The notes beneath the pieces were generated by a model. The model did not search any database and was not told the origin of the DNA. It saw only the letters and a program-made list of their open reading frames with translations. Below are positions 12,316 to 24,845 of a DNA stretch of 64,000 nt, in pieces. Source of the DNA: Malacoraja senta. Lineage: Eukaryota. Made by a program: the position numbers and the translations under genes. Each line of letters starts with the position of its first letter. The first letter of the stretch is position 1. The DNA lies in NCBI GenBank assembly GCA_038087875.1, contig CM075991.1:7628001-7692000 (forward strand), in the 5' to 3' direction.

Positions 12316-13829
12316 ATGTTTAGTTTGGTTTGGTTTGGTTCAGTTTATTATTGTCACGTGTACCAAGGTGCAGTGAAAAGCTTTTTGTTGCCTGCTATCC
12401 AGTCAGGAAAAAGACCTGACAGGATTACAATTGGGCCATCCACAGAGTATGGATACAGGATAAAGGGAATAACATTTAGTGCATGATAAAGTCCAGTAAC
12501 GCCCGATTTAACACAGTCCGAGGGTCTCCAAATAGGTAGATGGGAGGTCAGGACCACTCTCTAGTTGGTGATTGTATGGTTTGGTTGCCTGATAACAGCT
12601 GGGAAAAACTGTCCCTGAATCTGGAGGTGTGCGTTCTCATACTACTGTCCTCCTTGTCTGATGGCAGAGAAGAGGGAGTGCAATATTTAAGCTGTTGCTA
12701 AACAATATCAAATATGGTCGAGAACATATTTGCATTGTTCAGGAGCTAATGCCTGGGTCAGATGTGGTACATCTCCTCACCCAGTATGTGCACTCACAAA
12801 TGAAAATGTGTACACAATTTCTACATGTGTATTGGAGTTTTAGTAAACTGAGGAACACTTTGGAAGTTGGTATTGTGTAAATTAGTTTCTGGACGAATGC
12901 CCTTGGAGAACTAGCATAAAGAGTTTAGAATCGTCAGGTTTCAAAAGGAAGTCTTTCAAAACGTACGAAAAAAACAGAATATTCAACAGAGGTAAAAGAG
13001 CGTGCGGTTTCATTGAAACCTCAGAGAGCACGAGATGCCTTTTAGCCATGCCGTATTTATCAATGTCAATTTACTGCTGCTGCTTTCAGCAATTAAAATG
13101 AACAGAAAGTGTTTCTTTCCATGTGCGTTTTCAGTGTTTTGTTTCCTATTCAATGTTCTGTGGATTGGTAATGAACCGTACTTTGCCTGGAGCATGCTAA
13201 TTGCTGACAAAAAACACCGAAGCTGCAGCCTGGATGACAGTTTGTTTCAGCGCACGACAAATAACTTTAATATGCTGAATTTTCAAAAAATAAATCCCTG
13301 GCATCAAGACATTAGTTATTCTTGTAAGACAAAATGATACAAAAAAACAAAACAGCAACAGGCTTCTAAGACTCTGTCAAAAGTCACGCAAGTTTTTAAG
13401 GGCTGCTATTTAAATAGTCATAAAGATCTGACTTGATTCCATGTTTGTTCACTTTGCTTGCTGTTATTTAGCTACTTCCTTCCAGTGCTGGTAGTTAATG
13501 AGGATGTATTTCAGTGTTAGTGTCGGTCAATAAACCAAACATTTGATGTATAATCTGCTTAATCCCCATTTACTTCATTTTGCAACACGTGCAAATTGGA
13601 ATCCATCAACAAAGCTGTGTTTAGCACTTGCTTGGATTCAATCAGGCTATGTTGCAGAGCTAATCTGGTGCTTATACTCACAGCAGCAGCAAAAACAAGG
13701 TAAGAGGCTGAAAACTCTGTCCAAGGTGCTGATCGTAATTATTCCACATTCTAACAGAACGTTTATCTGGCCCATTGAACACTTTGCTCTTTTGATGCGA
13801 GATTGAATTGAATAAAAGATTCTGCGTCC

Positions 13830-14073
13830 ATTCCACTGAGTCTACACCGATCACCCGTCCACACCAGTCCCATGTTATCCCATTTTCACATCCACGCCCA
13901 ACACACTCTGACCAATTTATAGAGGCCAATTAACCTTTCAACCCATGTGAGAGGAAACCGGAGCACCCGGAGGAAGCCCAGTCGGTCACAGAGAGGATGT
14001 GCAAACTCCACACAGACAGCACCCGAGGTCAGGATCAACCCCGGGTCTCTGGAGCTGTGAGGCAACAGCACCA
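13830..14073 (-). mobile_element. V-domain tRNA SINE
   Basis: Reverse complement of gtgtggagtttgcacatcctct V core and tRNA head. Confidence 0.8.
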
Positions 14074-14076
14074 GCA

Positions 14077-14442
14077 GGGGATCTCATTGAAACATATAAG
14101 ATTGTTAAGGGTTTGGACACGCTAGAGGCAGCAAACATGTTCCCGATGTTAGGGGAGTCCAGAACCAGGGGCCACAGTTTAAGAATAAGGGGTAAGCCAT
14201 TTAGAACGGAGACGAGGAAACACTTTTTCTCACAGAGAGTGGTGAGTCTGTGGAATTCTCTGCCTCAGAGGGCGGTGGAGGCAGGTTCTCTGGATGCTTT
14301 CAAGAGAGAGCTAGATAGGGCTCCTAATAATAGCGGAGTCAGGGGATATGGGAAGAAGGCAGGAACGGGGTACTGATTGGGGATGATCAGCCATGATCAC
14401 ATTGAATGGCGGTGCTGGCACCTATTGTCTATTGTCTATTGT
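14077..14442 (+). mobile_element. CR1 LINE 3' fragment
   Basis: GDLIETYKIVKGLD...GYGKKAGTGY; (CTATTGT)n tail. Confidence 0.9.
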
Positions 14443-14727
14443 TTGCCTTGTAATAGGCCTTCTTATGAGCAGATGAAGCAGCACATTGTTCAATTGTGAA
14501 GCTTCACGCCTCTTTGTTATTGTGCTCTGTAATGGATGGTTTGCAACTTGTGAAGAACTCTATGCTTTTTCCTCAGAAAGATAAAATGCTTTGCATCAGT
14601 TTCCAACCACTGTGTGGTCACCACACTGTATTTGAGCGCTGCAAAAGGATTTGGGTTTGTGTCTTGAGAAGCACTACTAAAGATCAGTTAAGCACAGTTG
14701 GCGAACCCGGGGAATGAGTTAAATAAT

Positions 14728-15028
14728 GTTTAGTTTAGTTCAGAGATACAGCATGGAAAAAGAGCCTTCGGCCCACCGAATTCTCGCCGACCAGCAATCC
14801 CCGCACAATATCCCACACACACGAGGGACAAAGTACAAATTTACTAAGCCAATTAACCTACAAACCTGGACGTCTTTGGAGTGTGGGAGGAAACCGGAGA
14901 TCCCTTAGAAAACCCAGCGAGAAAAGAACGTACAAACTCCGCACAGACTAGCACCCGTAGTCAGGATTAAACCTGGGTCTCTGGCGCTGTGAGGCAGCAA
15001 CTCTACCGCTGCGCCACCGTGCTGCCCC
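14728..15028 (-). mobile_element. V-domain tRNA SINE, near full length
   Basis: Minus strand starts ggggcagcacggtggcgcagcggtagag (A-box) and ends in a (AAACT)n tail. Confidence 0.9.
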
Positions 15029-16179
15029 ATAGAAGAAAGAAAGCGAGGAAACCGTATTTCACAGTTTTCCCAGAACTGCCGAAGCTCGGTACAAAGATGG
15101 AGGAAGTAATGAGGATGTGATAATCCCCATTTACTTTATGTTGCGACACGTGGAAATGAGCATCCATGAATAAAGTGGTTTAGTGGTTGCTTGGACTCGA
15201 TCAGGCTATGTTGCATAGCAAATTTGATGCTAAAACCCATGAGGTATGAGGCAATGTGTCTCAGTAGACTGGAGTACAAAGTGCAGACGTTGATTCGATG
15301 GGCTAAGTGATCACCTTCTGTGCCCTTACGATTCTATCATTCGCGATTGAGAGGCGGATGGCGTCACTTTCCACAAGTCATTCAAACTTCCTCCACTTTC
15401 GGCTTCAGCTGCTGAATGTAAAATCTGCAATAAACCTGTGCAATCAGGCAGCATTTTGAAACACAATGGCTCAGAAATTCTATCATGTACCTGATCATTC
15501 GCATCACCTCTATGCGATAGAATCTCTTCGCAGTTTGTGCATGGTGCAGATCATCGTCCACAGTTGATGCCCAACAGCATGCAACACACATTGGGACGCC
15601 ACTTTGCAAAATGCAATTGCCACAAGCCATGGTTCGCACATAACATGAGCCACTCAGATGGATCGTTACACGGGCCAGTGTGGGCAAGTTGGGCCGAAGG
15701 GCCTGTTTCCATGCTGTATGACCTTATCACTCTATGACACTTTTTCCTCTATTACAGATAATAGATAGATTTATTAAGAGATGTAGTCATATACTTAAAG
15801 GAGGAAATGGTACAGTCTGACTTACAATCGACAATAGGTGCAGGAGTAGGCCATTCGGCCTTCGAGCCAGCACTGCCATTCAATGTGATCATGGCTGATC
15901 ATCCCCAATCAGTACCCCGTTCCTGCCTTCTCCCCATATCCCCTGATTCCGCTATTTTTAAGAGCCCTATCTAGCTCTCTCTTGAAAGCATCGAGTGATT
16001 ACTATCTAAATGGTGTCAAGTCAGATTACTATCTAAATTGCGTCAAGTTGGGAAAAGGGGAAGTACAACGGGATCTGGGGGTCCTTGTACATCAGTCTAT
16101 CATATTCATACATAAATTATCATATTTAAAACAGGATTTTAAATACATCGTCTAATTCATCGATTTGCTAAAGAGTTTT

Positions 16180-16450
16180 GCGGTAGAGTTGCTGCCTTTA
16201 CAGTGCCAGAGACCCGGGTTTGATCCTGACTACAGGTGCTGTCAGTACAGAGTTTGTACCTTCTCTCTCTGACCTGCGTGGGATTACCGCACGTGCTCCG
16301 GTTTCCTCCCACAGTCCAAACCCGTAGGTTAATTGGCTTCGGTAACTACATTGTAAATTGCCCCTAGTGTGCAGGATAGTGCTAGTGTGTGCGGACTCAG
16401 CAGGTCGAATGGCCTGTTCCTGCGCTGTATCTCTCGAACTTAAATCTAAA
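16180..16450 (+). mobile_element. V-domain tRNA SINE
   Basis: gcggtagagttgctgcc...gacccgggtttgatcctgac (B-box), V core, tail. Confidence 0.85.
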
Positions 16451-16522
16451 ACACTGTCGCCACAATCGGCCAGCACACCGGCAACAAAGAAAGTCATGAA
16501 TGATCCACTGTCTCTCTTTCAG

Positions 16523-16594
16523 TTTAGGAGATGACTCGTCAGCAGAAACATCGAAGCATCAACCTGGCTCATTGGGTAGCAACCGAATAACGAG
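16523..16594 (+). other. Candidate 72-nt internal exon of an unidentified host gene
   Basis: Acceptor tgtctctctttcag, donor gag|gtaaca, length a multiple of 3, one open frame LGDDSSAETSKHQPGSLGSNRIT, in unique sequence. Confidence 0.3.
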
Positions 16595-17154
16595 GTAACA
16601 GTTCAAATCTTTAGCTGCTGTTTCACCCCTGCATGTGCTGAATTCTAACCGAGGCAGTATCCGCTTGTCAGTGTAATATAAGAAATTCGATGGCAGTCCA
16701 TTGGAAAGCAAAACAGTGAGTTCTCCAATAAGGTTAGCAACTTATTGATCTTGCTGTTTGCAAGGTGGTGGTGAGCACAAATTAATCGGTGAATTTGCCT
16801 TCAAGACAGCATTGACTGCATTTGCCTCTCCAACTCGCTCTGAGCATTTCGACCGTACATCACTGTAATTGTGTTTCATCCATGTGCTGTACAGTTTTGA
16901 CAAACAGATAGACAGAAATTGGATCCCGATGTAAACTCACACACACACGCATTTAATCCTTCACAAAAGTCAAGAGTGGTTAATTGTCATAAGTACCAAA
17001 AAACAGAACAACAACATTTCCAGAGGAACTATTTGAACAGAATTTCCCATTTATTTCCATTTTACCTTTTAAATAGTTGGAGGTCTTTTGACCACCCAGT
17101 CTGGTCTAGCTCTGAGAGCATTCCAGTTCCCCAGTTAATAAATGAGACACTATG

Positions 17155-18189
17155 TAGCAATGTTACAACATTTTGAGATTAAAAAAATAAAGTCTGTAAT
17201 TTATCCCATCAGATAAAGCACAAAAAGAAGTTTAATTTGACACCTAATTCACGTTCATATCTTCAGTATTAAAGGAGTTATGGCCATTTTCATACTCGTA
17301 AATTAGCATCTTGTTCCCTATTGCTTTTCCATTGACTTAACACAAAAGCTGTGATCGAGGACAGTCAAAAGCCCATAACTTTCTTAAAAATTAAGAGAAC
17401 TGAAAGAATTTTTCAGTTATTATAGATTGAAGCATTCTGAAACAAATATGAAACAATCTTACTTAGATGACATGAAATTAAAGCATATAATTAGTTAGTT
17501 ACCTAATTGTAGCTAATTACAAAATTCAATTACTAGATCTAAACATCTATCAATTTCTTAAGAATTGATTAACATTTTTAAATAGCCTAAGTGTCCAAAT
17601 AACATTCACACAAGAATTCACAATATAACATAATTTTTAAATCTCATTGTCATGGATTTACAGGCCAAATGGAAGAAATTTAATGTTTAATACCTGTAAA
17701 TTAATGGCCATTTAAATCATCTTGCGAGTGGGTTTTTCTGGAACGCGATCATTTGGAACGTTGATTTGCGGCGTATTGGCATGAAAAATTCTGCCGTTAG
17801 TTCGGGGAAAAGAATCACCGTTTCGAATTAAAAAATGTGAATTAAAGGCCTCTTAAGAAGCACTTTTATACATTAAAATAAACTACTTTCGTTTACCTGT
17901 CCCGTGCATGAAACCCGTCCCCGTTGTCGGCGTTGACGGCTTTAGGAGCTGCTTTTAAAATAACTCCAGCGCTGAAATTGTTGATCGAATAAAAATAAAA
18001 AATACACAAAACGCCCGTCGGAACGATTTTTCAGCAAACGCTTGCACTCCAACGAAATATAATTCAGGACAAGGTAGGAGAAACCCGCATTTTAACCCTG
18101 CCCCCCCCCCCCTCAAAGGCGCCCAAATCGCGCACACGGCCAGTGGCAGAATTGCAGCGCCACTGAAGGTAAGTATTGTAACATACCTA
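17155..18189. mobile_element. Non-autonomous DNA transposon (TAG...CTA ends, 7-bp TSD; hAT-like), copy 2
   Basis: Same TIRs as copy 1; TSD cactatg at 17148-17154 and 18190-18196. Confidence 0.85.
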
Positions 18190-18669
18190 CACTATGATGC
18201 AGGAAGTGAAGCAGGGCAGATGATCAAACTTTTGGTTAAAAGGGTCGGGTTGAAAACCATGTTGAAAGAGGACGGAGAAGCAAATAAGTTTAAGGGGTAA
18301 TTTTAAGCAGTGGTCCTGCATTTAAAATGGATTTTGCCTTATCAACTATACACAAATAAAATAGTGGGAAAACATTTCTTTTGAAGTGTGTGAATTTTAA
18401 GAATAAAATTTGGTGTGGAAGAAATTAATTATCATCAGTCGTTTGCATAATGAGACGGTGATTTGAGTACTGCTAGCTATAAGATCATCTACAAATCATT
18501 TGACTAAGTGTCACAGACAAGTGAGGCCTCAAAACCGATGGGAAGATAGAAAGCCTTGGAACTCCGCCCAAGGTACCAATCGAAAGAGTGTCAAATACCA
18601 AGATACATCTTTGTAGCCCACTGCTATTTCATGCACTCATCACTGGGTCGGCAAAGGTTTCTTGACAGT

Positions 18670-18975
18670 TTAGGCTTTAGAGATACACCGTGGAAACAGG
18701 CCCTTCGGCCCACCGAGTCCATGCTGACCAGCAATTACCCCTTACTCTAACACTATCGTACACAGTAGGGACAAATAACATTTTTTTTTTACCGACACCA
18801 ATGAACCAATGTATCTTTTGCGTGACATTGGAGTGTGGGAGGAAACCGGAGCACCCGGAGAAAACCCACGTGGTCACAGGGAGAACATACAAACTCTGTA
18901 CAGACAGCACCCGCAGTCAGGATCAAACCTGGGTCCCGAGCAGTACAAGACAACAACTCTAAGGCTGCTCCACTG
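18670..18975 (-). mobile_element. V-domain tRNA SINE
   Basis: ggagtgtgggaggaaaccggagcacccggagaaaacccacg motif (reverse complement of SINE core). Confidence 0.85.
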
Positions 18976-19271
18976 TATCAGCCTGACTTTGATCTAAATC
19001 TAAGTTTCCAAACATTTGAGAGTTCAACTTCTATTTTTCATAACATAAGTATTAGTCCTTCAGAATGTCTTTATTTAACATAGAACAAAGAACAGTTTAG
19101 CACAAGAATGCTGAATTTTCGATATGCCTCTCTTCCATGTCACTATCATATTTGCAAATCCATGTGACTATCATAGTTTGTGTCAACAGCATCCTGGGAG
19201 CACATTACTTGTGTAGGAAGGAACTACAGATGCTGGTTTACACCGAAGATAGTCACAAAATACTGAAGTAA

Positions 19272-19633
19272 AGGGCCTATCCCACTTGCGCGACTTTTAC
19301 AGGCGATTGCCGGCACACGTCATAGGTCGCCGAAATTTTCAACATGTTGAAAATTCAGCAGCGACCAGAAAGACGCTACGGCTCTTTGGAGACCTCTCAC
19401 GACCATAGGCTGTATGGTCGTGAGAGGTCTCCTTTAGTCGTGAGAGGACACCCGCAACATGTCGCCAGGGGTCTCCATTGGTCGTGAGAGGTCTCCAATG
19501 GTCGTGAGAGGTCTCCAAAGAGTCGTAGCGTTTTTTGAGGTCGCCGCTGAATTTTCAACATGTTGAACATTTTTACGACCTATGACGGGTGCCGGCAGTC
19601 ACCTGTAAAGGTCGCGTGAGTGGAACAGGCCCT
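19272..19633. mobile_element. PIF/Harbinger-type MITE inserted in a Penelope-derived repeat
   Basis: TIR agggcctatcccact / agtggaacaggccct, TAA TSD; removing it restores ctgaagtaactcag; two internal palindromes (19336, 19552). Confidence 0.9.
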
Positions 19634-20198
19634 TAACTCAGTGGGACAGACTCTGGAGGGAAGGAATGGGTGATGTTTCGGGTCATTGTTTGATGTTATA
19701 GCTACATTACAGATACATTTACCCAATGTTCAATTAAGAGCACTGAATATTCAGCGGGGATGTGCGGGGATCCCTAATGTGTGGGGATCGTTGGGTGGCG
19801 TGGACTCGCTGGGCCGAAGGGCATGTTTCCGTGCTGTATCTCTAAACTAAACTAAACTGCTGATGCTGCAAACTTGGAATAAAAACAGAAGATACTGGAA
19901 ACAATCAGGTCAGGCAACTGGAATATTATCGTTGTATCTTTTTCCATCGATGCTGCCTGACCTGCTCATTATTTCAAAATCTAATCCCTTGTCTTATTAG
20001 ACAGGTCTCTGAATCATTGGTCCAATATCTTTAGCAGTGCTGGCTCGAAGGGCCAAATGGCCTCCTCCTGCACCTATTTTCTATGTTTCTATTTCCACTG
20101 TGCTATTGATTGGACATAGAACAGTACAACACAGTCCCCTGTCAATGCTGAACATGATGCTAAACTAAACTAATCTTTTCTACCTGCATATCATCCTT

Positions 20199-20226
20199 CT
20201 GAGGAAGGGTCTCGACCCGAAACGTC
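20199..20226 (+). ncRNA. Minimal type I hammerhead ribozyme core in a Penelope-derived repeat
   Basis: CTGAGGA-A-GGGT(CTCG)ACCC-GAAAC-GTC: CUGANGA box, stem II, GAAA box, palindromic ACGT stem III, GUC triplet. Confidence 0.6.
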
Positions 20227-21240
20227 ACCTATTCCTTTTCTCCAGAGATGCTGTCTGACCTGCTGAGTTACTCCGGGTTTTTGTGTCTCTCTTCTGTTTC
20301 TGCAGTTCCTTCCCACACACTCCCTCCATTGCCTGCTAATTTTTATAATTTAAGCAGTCTTAGTCCTTAAGAATGTCTTTGTTTAACATAGAACAAAGAA
20401 CAGTACAGCTCGTACATTTGAAAACCTCTTAAACGCGGCTACCTTATCTGCCTTTACCACCACGCCAAGCAGTGTGTTCCAGGCACCCACCATTCTCTGT
20501 GTAAACAAAAATGATTTGCATGTCTCCTTTAAACCTTGCCCCTCTTACCTTAAAGCTATGCCCGCTAGTCCTTGACATTTCCATCCTAGGAAAAACATTC
20601 TGGCAGACGATCCTATCTATGCCAGAAATCTATGGTTAAAATAAACTGTAACAATGCAGAGATATCAGAGTACACATGCCTCAGTTAAAGAAATGACACA
20701 TTGATTTCTGATGATGTTTCCTCTCCTTGGAAATGCGTTGTGCTCATTAAAAAGCATTCAAGTTTGGAACAATGGTTTGAGTTATAGCTACATTACAGAT
20801 ACATTTACCCACTGTTCAATTTAGCTCACAGTGTATTCAGCACTTTGCAGTGTTATTGAGCAGTGACATAAAAACACTAAACTCAATCCCCCTTTCCCTT
20901 ACATATACACATTTGCATGCAACAGCTACTTTAAATTGAGAAGCTGTGAGGTACCTTATGGGTTGTTAGTCAAATAGCTCATGGTTTATTATGACTCAAA
21001 AACACTAGATGCTGGAATCTTAATTGAAACACAATGTGCTGGAGGAACTCAACAGGTCAGGCAGCATCTATGGGGGAAATGGACAGACGGCATTTTGGGT
21101 CAGAACCCATCTTCTGATTGGAGAAGGAGGGAGGAAGTCTAGGAAGGAACTGCAGACGCTGGTTTAAACCAAATAGAGACACAAAAAGCCGGAGTAACTC
21201 GGCGGGTCAGGCACCATCTCTGGAGAAAAGGAATAGGTGA

Positions 21241-21690
21241 TAGAAACATAGAAAATAGGTGCAGGAGTAGGCCATTCAGTCCTTTGAACCAGCATCACAA
21301 TTCAATATGATCATGGCTGATCATCCAAAATCAGTACCCCGTTCCTGCTTTCTCCCCATATCCCTTGATTCCGTTAGCCCGAAGAGCTATATTTAACTCT
21401 CTCTTGAATATATCCAATGAATTGGCCTCCACTGCCGTCTGTGGCAGAGAATTCCACAGATTCACAACTCTCTGGGTGAAACAGTTTTTCCTCATCTCAG
21501 TCCTAAAAGGCCTACCCCTTATTCTTAAACTGTGACCCCTGGTTCTGGACTCCCCCAACACCAGGAAGATATTTCCTGCATCTAGCCTGTCCAATCCCTT
21601 AAGAATTTTATATGTTTTTATAAGATCCCCTCTGATCCTTCTAAATTCCAGTGAATATAAGCCCAGTCGATCCATTCTTTCATCATCTTT
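21241..21690 (-). mobile_element. CR1 LINE 3' fragment nested in a Penelope-derived palindrome
   Basis: ORF 21331..21738(-) ERMDRLGLYSLEFRRIRGDLIKTYK...GTGY; host repeat is split at aataggtgat / cttttgggtc. Confidence 0.9.
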
Positions 21691-23048
21691 TGGGTCAAAA
21701 CTCTTCTTCTGAAGAAGGGTCTTGACCCGAAACATCACATATTCCTTTTCTCCAGAGATGCTGCCAGACCGGCTAAGTTACTCAAGCTTTTTGTGTCCAT
21801 CAAGAGGGGAGAAAGCTGGAAAGGTAGGTCGAGGCAGGACAATGGGAATGGCAAGGATGGTGGGTGTAAGGAACAAGCTGCCAGAGGAGGTAGTTGAGGC
21901 AGGGACTACCCCAACATTTAAGAAGCAGTTAGATAGGCACATGGATAGGACAGGATTGGAGGAATAAGGACCAAATGCTGGCAGGTGGGAGTAGTGTAGC
22001 TGGCACATGTTGGCCAATGTGGGCAACTTGGGCTGAGGGGCCATCTTCCATGCTGTATCACTCTATGACTCTATAACTGATAAATTGCAGGTGGATACAT
22101 GTGGGAAGGAGTTTGACTGAACGATGGGTGGACTAAAGTGACAAAGGCTAGAGGTGAAATGGAGATAAAAGGGTTTTCCTTTCCCTTCCTTCATACACTC
22201 AACGTCCATTCCCAAGTCCCCCATTTCCCTTTTACCCCCCCTCATTCCCCTCCCTCTGTTCCCTTCCACCCATATCCTCCCCTCCTGCTTTACATCTCAC
22301 TCCTTCCCATCTCTTCTTCTCTGACACCCATTTGTCTCCTTTCACCTCCAGTCTTTGACAATCTGGTCAGTGGTGCACAAGACTTCAGTCCATAACCTCC
22401 CACTTCAGAGTCATCTACTGTCCGCAGAACCGCTGATAATGAATGAATAACAAAGTCAAAGAATCCAATGGCATCTTCTCTTTGATTTAACTATGACCTT
22501 TGATAATAAATAACATTTGTATGCTTAAAACAGGCAAACCAAGTGTCTTTTTGAAGTCAAGCATTGCATTTGCAAAACAAGCTGCTCCTGCTGGCTACAT
22601 CACGTACATCTTTCACTTACATTTCAATACATTGGGTTATATTTAACATGTGATTGTTTATAACAGCACGCCAGTTCTTCTCTAAAATCCTGAAACAATA
22701 CTCTGAAGCACACCTTTCCTGAGGGATTATGAAAGTATAAAGGGGCCAGGAGCGTTATTCCAAAAGACAAATGTTTTAACTCTTAAACTCTTTGGCATTT
22801 ATACTTAAGAAATGCATATTTTACAGATTTGCCATGCAGAGTTATATATAGAATATACTGGGCAAAGATACTGGCCCAGTCTACCCAGCAAGTTAATGAT
22901 ACGTAGCGAGTTTGAAATACTTTTAATGCAAGGCATCATCTGTCGTGAGAGGAACAACGTTTCAAGCTGATGATTTTCCCTCAAGAATTGAAATATTTTA
23001 GATGTAGCAGGTTCTATGCAAGTAGGGGAGAGGGTAAATGAGAGAAAT

Positions 23049-23333
23049 AGAGTTGCTACCTTGCAGCGCCAGGGACCCGGGTTCGATCCTGACTACAGGT
23101 GCTGTCTGTACGGGGTTTGCTCCTTCTCCCTGTGACCGCGCGGGTTTTCTCTGTGTGCTCTGGTTTTTTCCCATATTCCAAAGACATGCAGGTTCGTAGG
23201 TCAATTGGCTTTTGGAAATTAGTTTCGATACTGGGATAACATAGAACTGGTGTAAGGGTGATAGTTGGTCTGCGCGGTCTCGGTGGGCCAAAGGGCCTCT
23301 TTCCACGCTGCATCTCTTAACTAAAGTAAACTA
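23049..23333 (+). mobile_element. V-domain tRNA SINE
   Basis: ggacccgggttcgatcctgac B-box, V core, tail. Confidence 0.85.
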
Positions 23334-24109
23334 AGAATGCTGGGGTGAGAGGCAGGAGAGATCAAGCTGCAACAGGATCATTGCTGTTCGACAGTGAAAA
23401 GGTCTGGTTGTGTCCCTTAAGGGCCTGTCCCACTTTCACGACCTAATTCACGACCTCTGCCGAGTTTGCCCTTGACTCATACTCACAGCATGGTCGTCAC
23501 GAGGTCATAGGAGGTCGTAGGTAGTTTGTGACTCGGTGACTTACTGTATTTCAGGCCTGGGATGGAGATGGTGATTCTGACTTACATAAAATCTGACGTG
23601 TGTTGGTTCATGGAAAGTAGCTCTTATATAAGTTGGGGAGTGCCTGTATAGTGGTACAGGTGCAGAGAAAATGCTGATGTAACAAGTGCTGGTAGTTTGG
23701 GAGATTGGGAATATATCTTTAGTTCATATGAGGTCCATTGTTGAGTCTGATAACAGCAAGGACATTGTGGGCTCCACCTGTCCTTGGTCATCGGTGCCGG
23801 CTCTGATATGTTCTGAACCTTTTCATACCTCTAGTTTCCCTCTCCCCTGACTCTCAGTCTGAAGAAGGGTTTTGACCTGAAGTGCCACCTATTCCTTTTC
23901 GCCAGAGATGCTGCCTGACCCGCTGAGTTACTGCAGCATTTTATGTCCAATAAGAGCAAGAAAGAACCAGTTCTTGGATCTGGTGGTACATGCTTTTGTG
24001 TCTTGTGACTGATTGGAGAAGGGAGGAGTGGGAATGACGTGTATGTGTGTAGTGCTTGATTATATTTATTGCTCGGCAATATTTATTGCTTTCTCAAGGC
24101 AGCATGAAT

Positions 24110-24840
24110 GGAGGGGCATGTTTGTCCGTGTGATGTGTTGCACTGTGCCCACAACTCTCTGTCATTGATTGCATTCTTGTGTAGAGCAGTTGCCAAGCAC
24201 AGTGGTGTTGCATCCAGATAGGGTGCTTTCTATGGTGCATCTGTTAAGAGTCATTGGAGACATGCCCAATATCCTTATGGGCCTGTCCCACTTGGCCGTC
24301 ATTTGCGCCTCATTTACGCGTCGTATGCAAAATAGGTCGTTACGCGCGACGTTGCGCACAAATCACACGTCATCATGCCGTCTGGTGCGCGTGACGTCAT
24401 TAGAATACCCTGCGGCGCGTGGCGACGTATGGTTATGCACGGTGACGTAACCATGCGTCACCACGCAATACACGTGAGACATTGGGACGCAAGCGTGCGA
24501 CACCAATGCAGGTGGCACACGAGGATTTAGTTATTCTACGAAATCCTGGAGCGCCGCACGATACCGCGTGCCACCGCATGCGATTCCACACCTCACCATG
24601 CGCACCCCATGCGTCACGACGCGTCGACCTATTTTACATATGACGCGTAAATGAGGCGCAAATGACGGCCAAGTGGGACAGGCCCTTTAGTCTTCTGAGG
24701 TAATAGAGGTGTTGGTGACCTTTCTTGATGGTGGCGCTGTGTTTGGACCAGGACAAATTGCTGGTGATATTTCCGCCTAGGAACTTGACGCTGAATTGGT
24801 GGAGCACTGTCATGCTGAGGCGAGGTAACAAACACCACTG
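24110..24840 (-). mobile_element. Old Rex1/Babar LINE fragment interrupted by a MITE
   Basis: KFLGGNITSNLSWSKHSATIKKGHQHLYYLRRL, then NRCTIESTLSGCNTTVLGNCS beyond the MITE. Confidence 0.75.
24278..24686. mobile_element. PIF/Harbinger-type MITE (CpG-rich)
   Basis: Long TIR gggcctgtcccacttggccgtcatttgcgcctcatttacgcgtc and its reverse complement; TTA TSD. Confidence 0.9.
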
Positions 24841-24845
24841 AGCCA

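Noticed and set aside
18160..18180. Consensus splice donor AAG|GTAAGT near the transposon right end
   Set aside because: Copy 1 has GCAAGT here and there is no transcript evidence; may be chance
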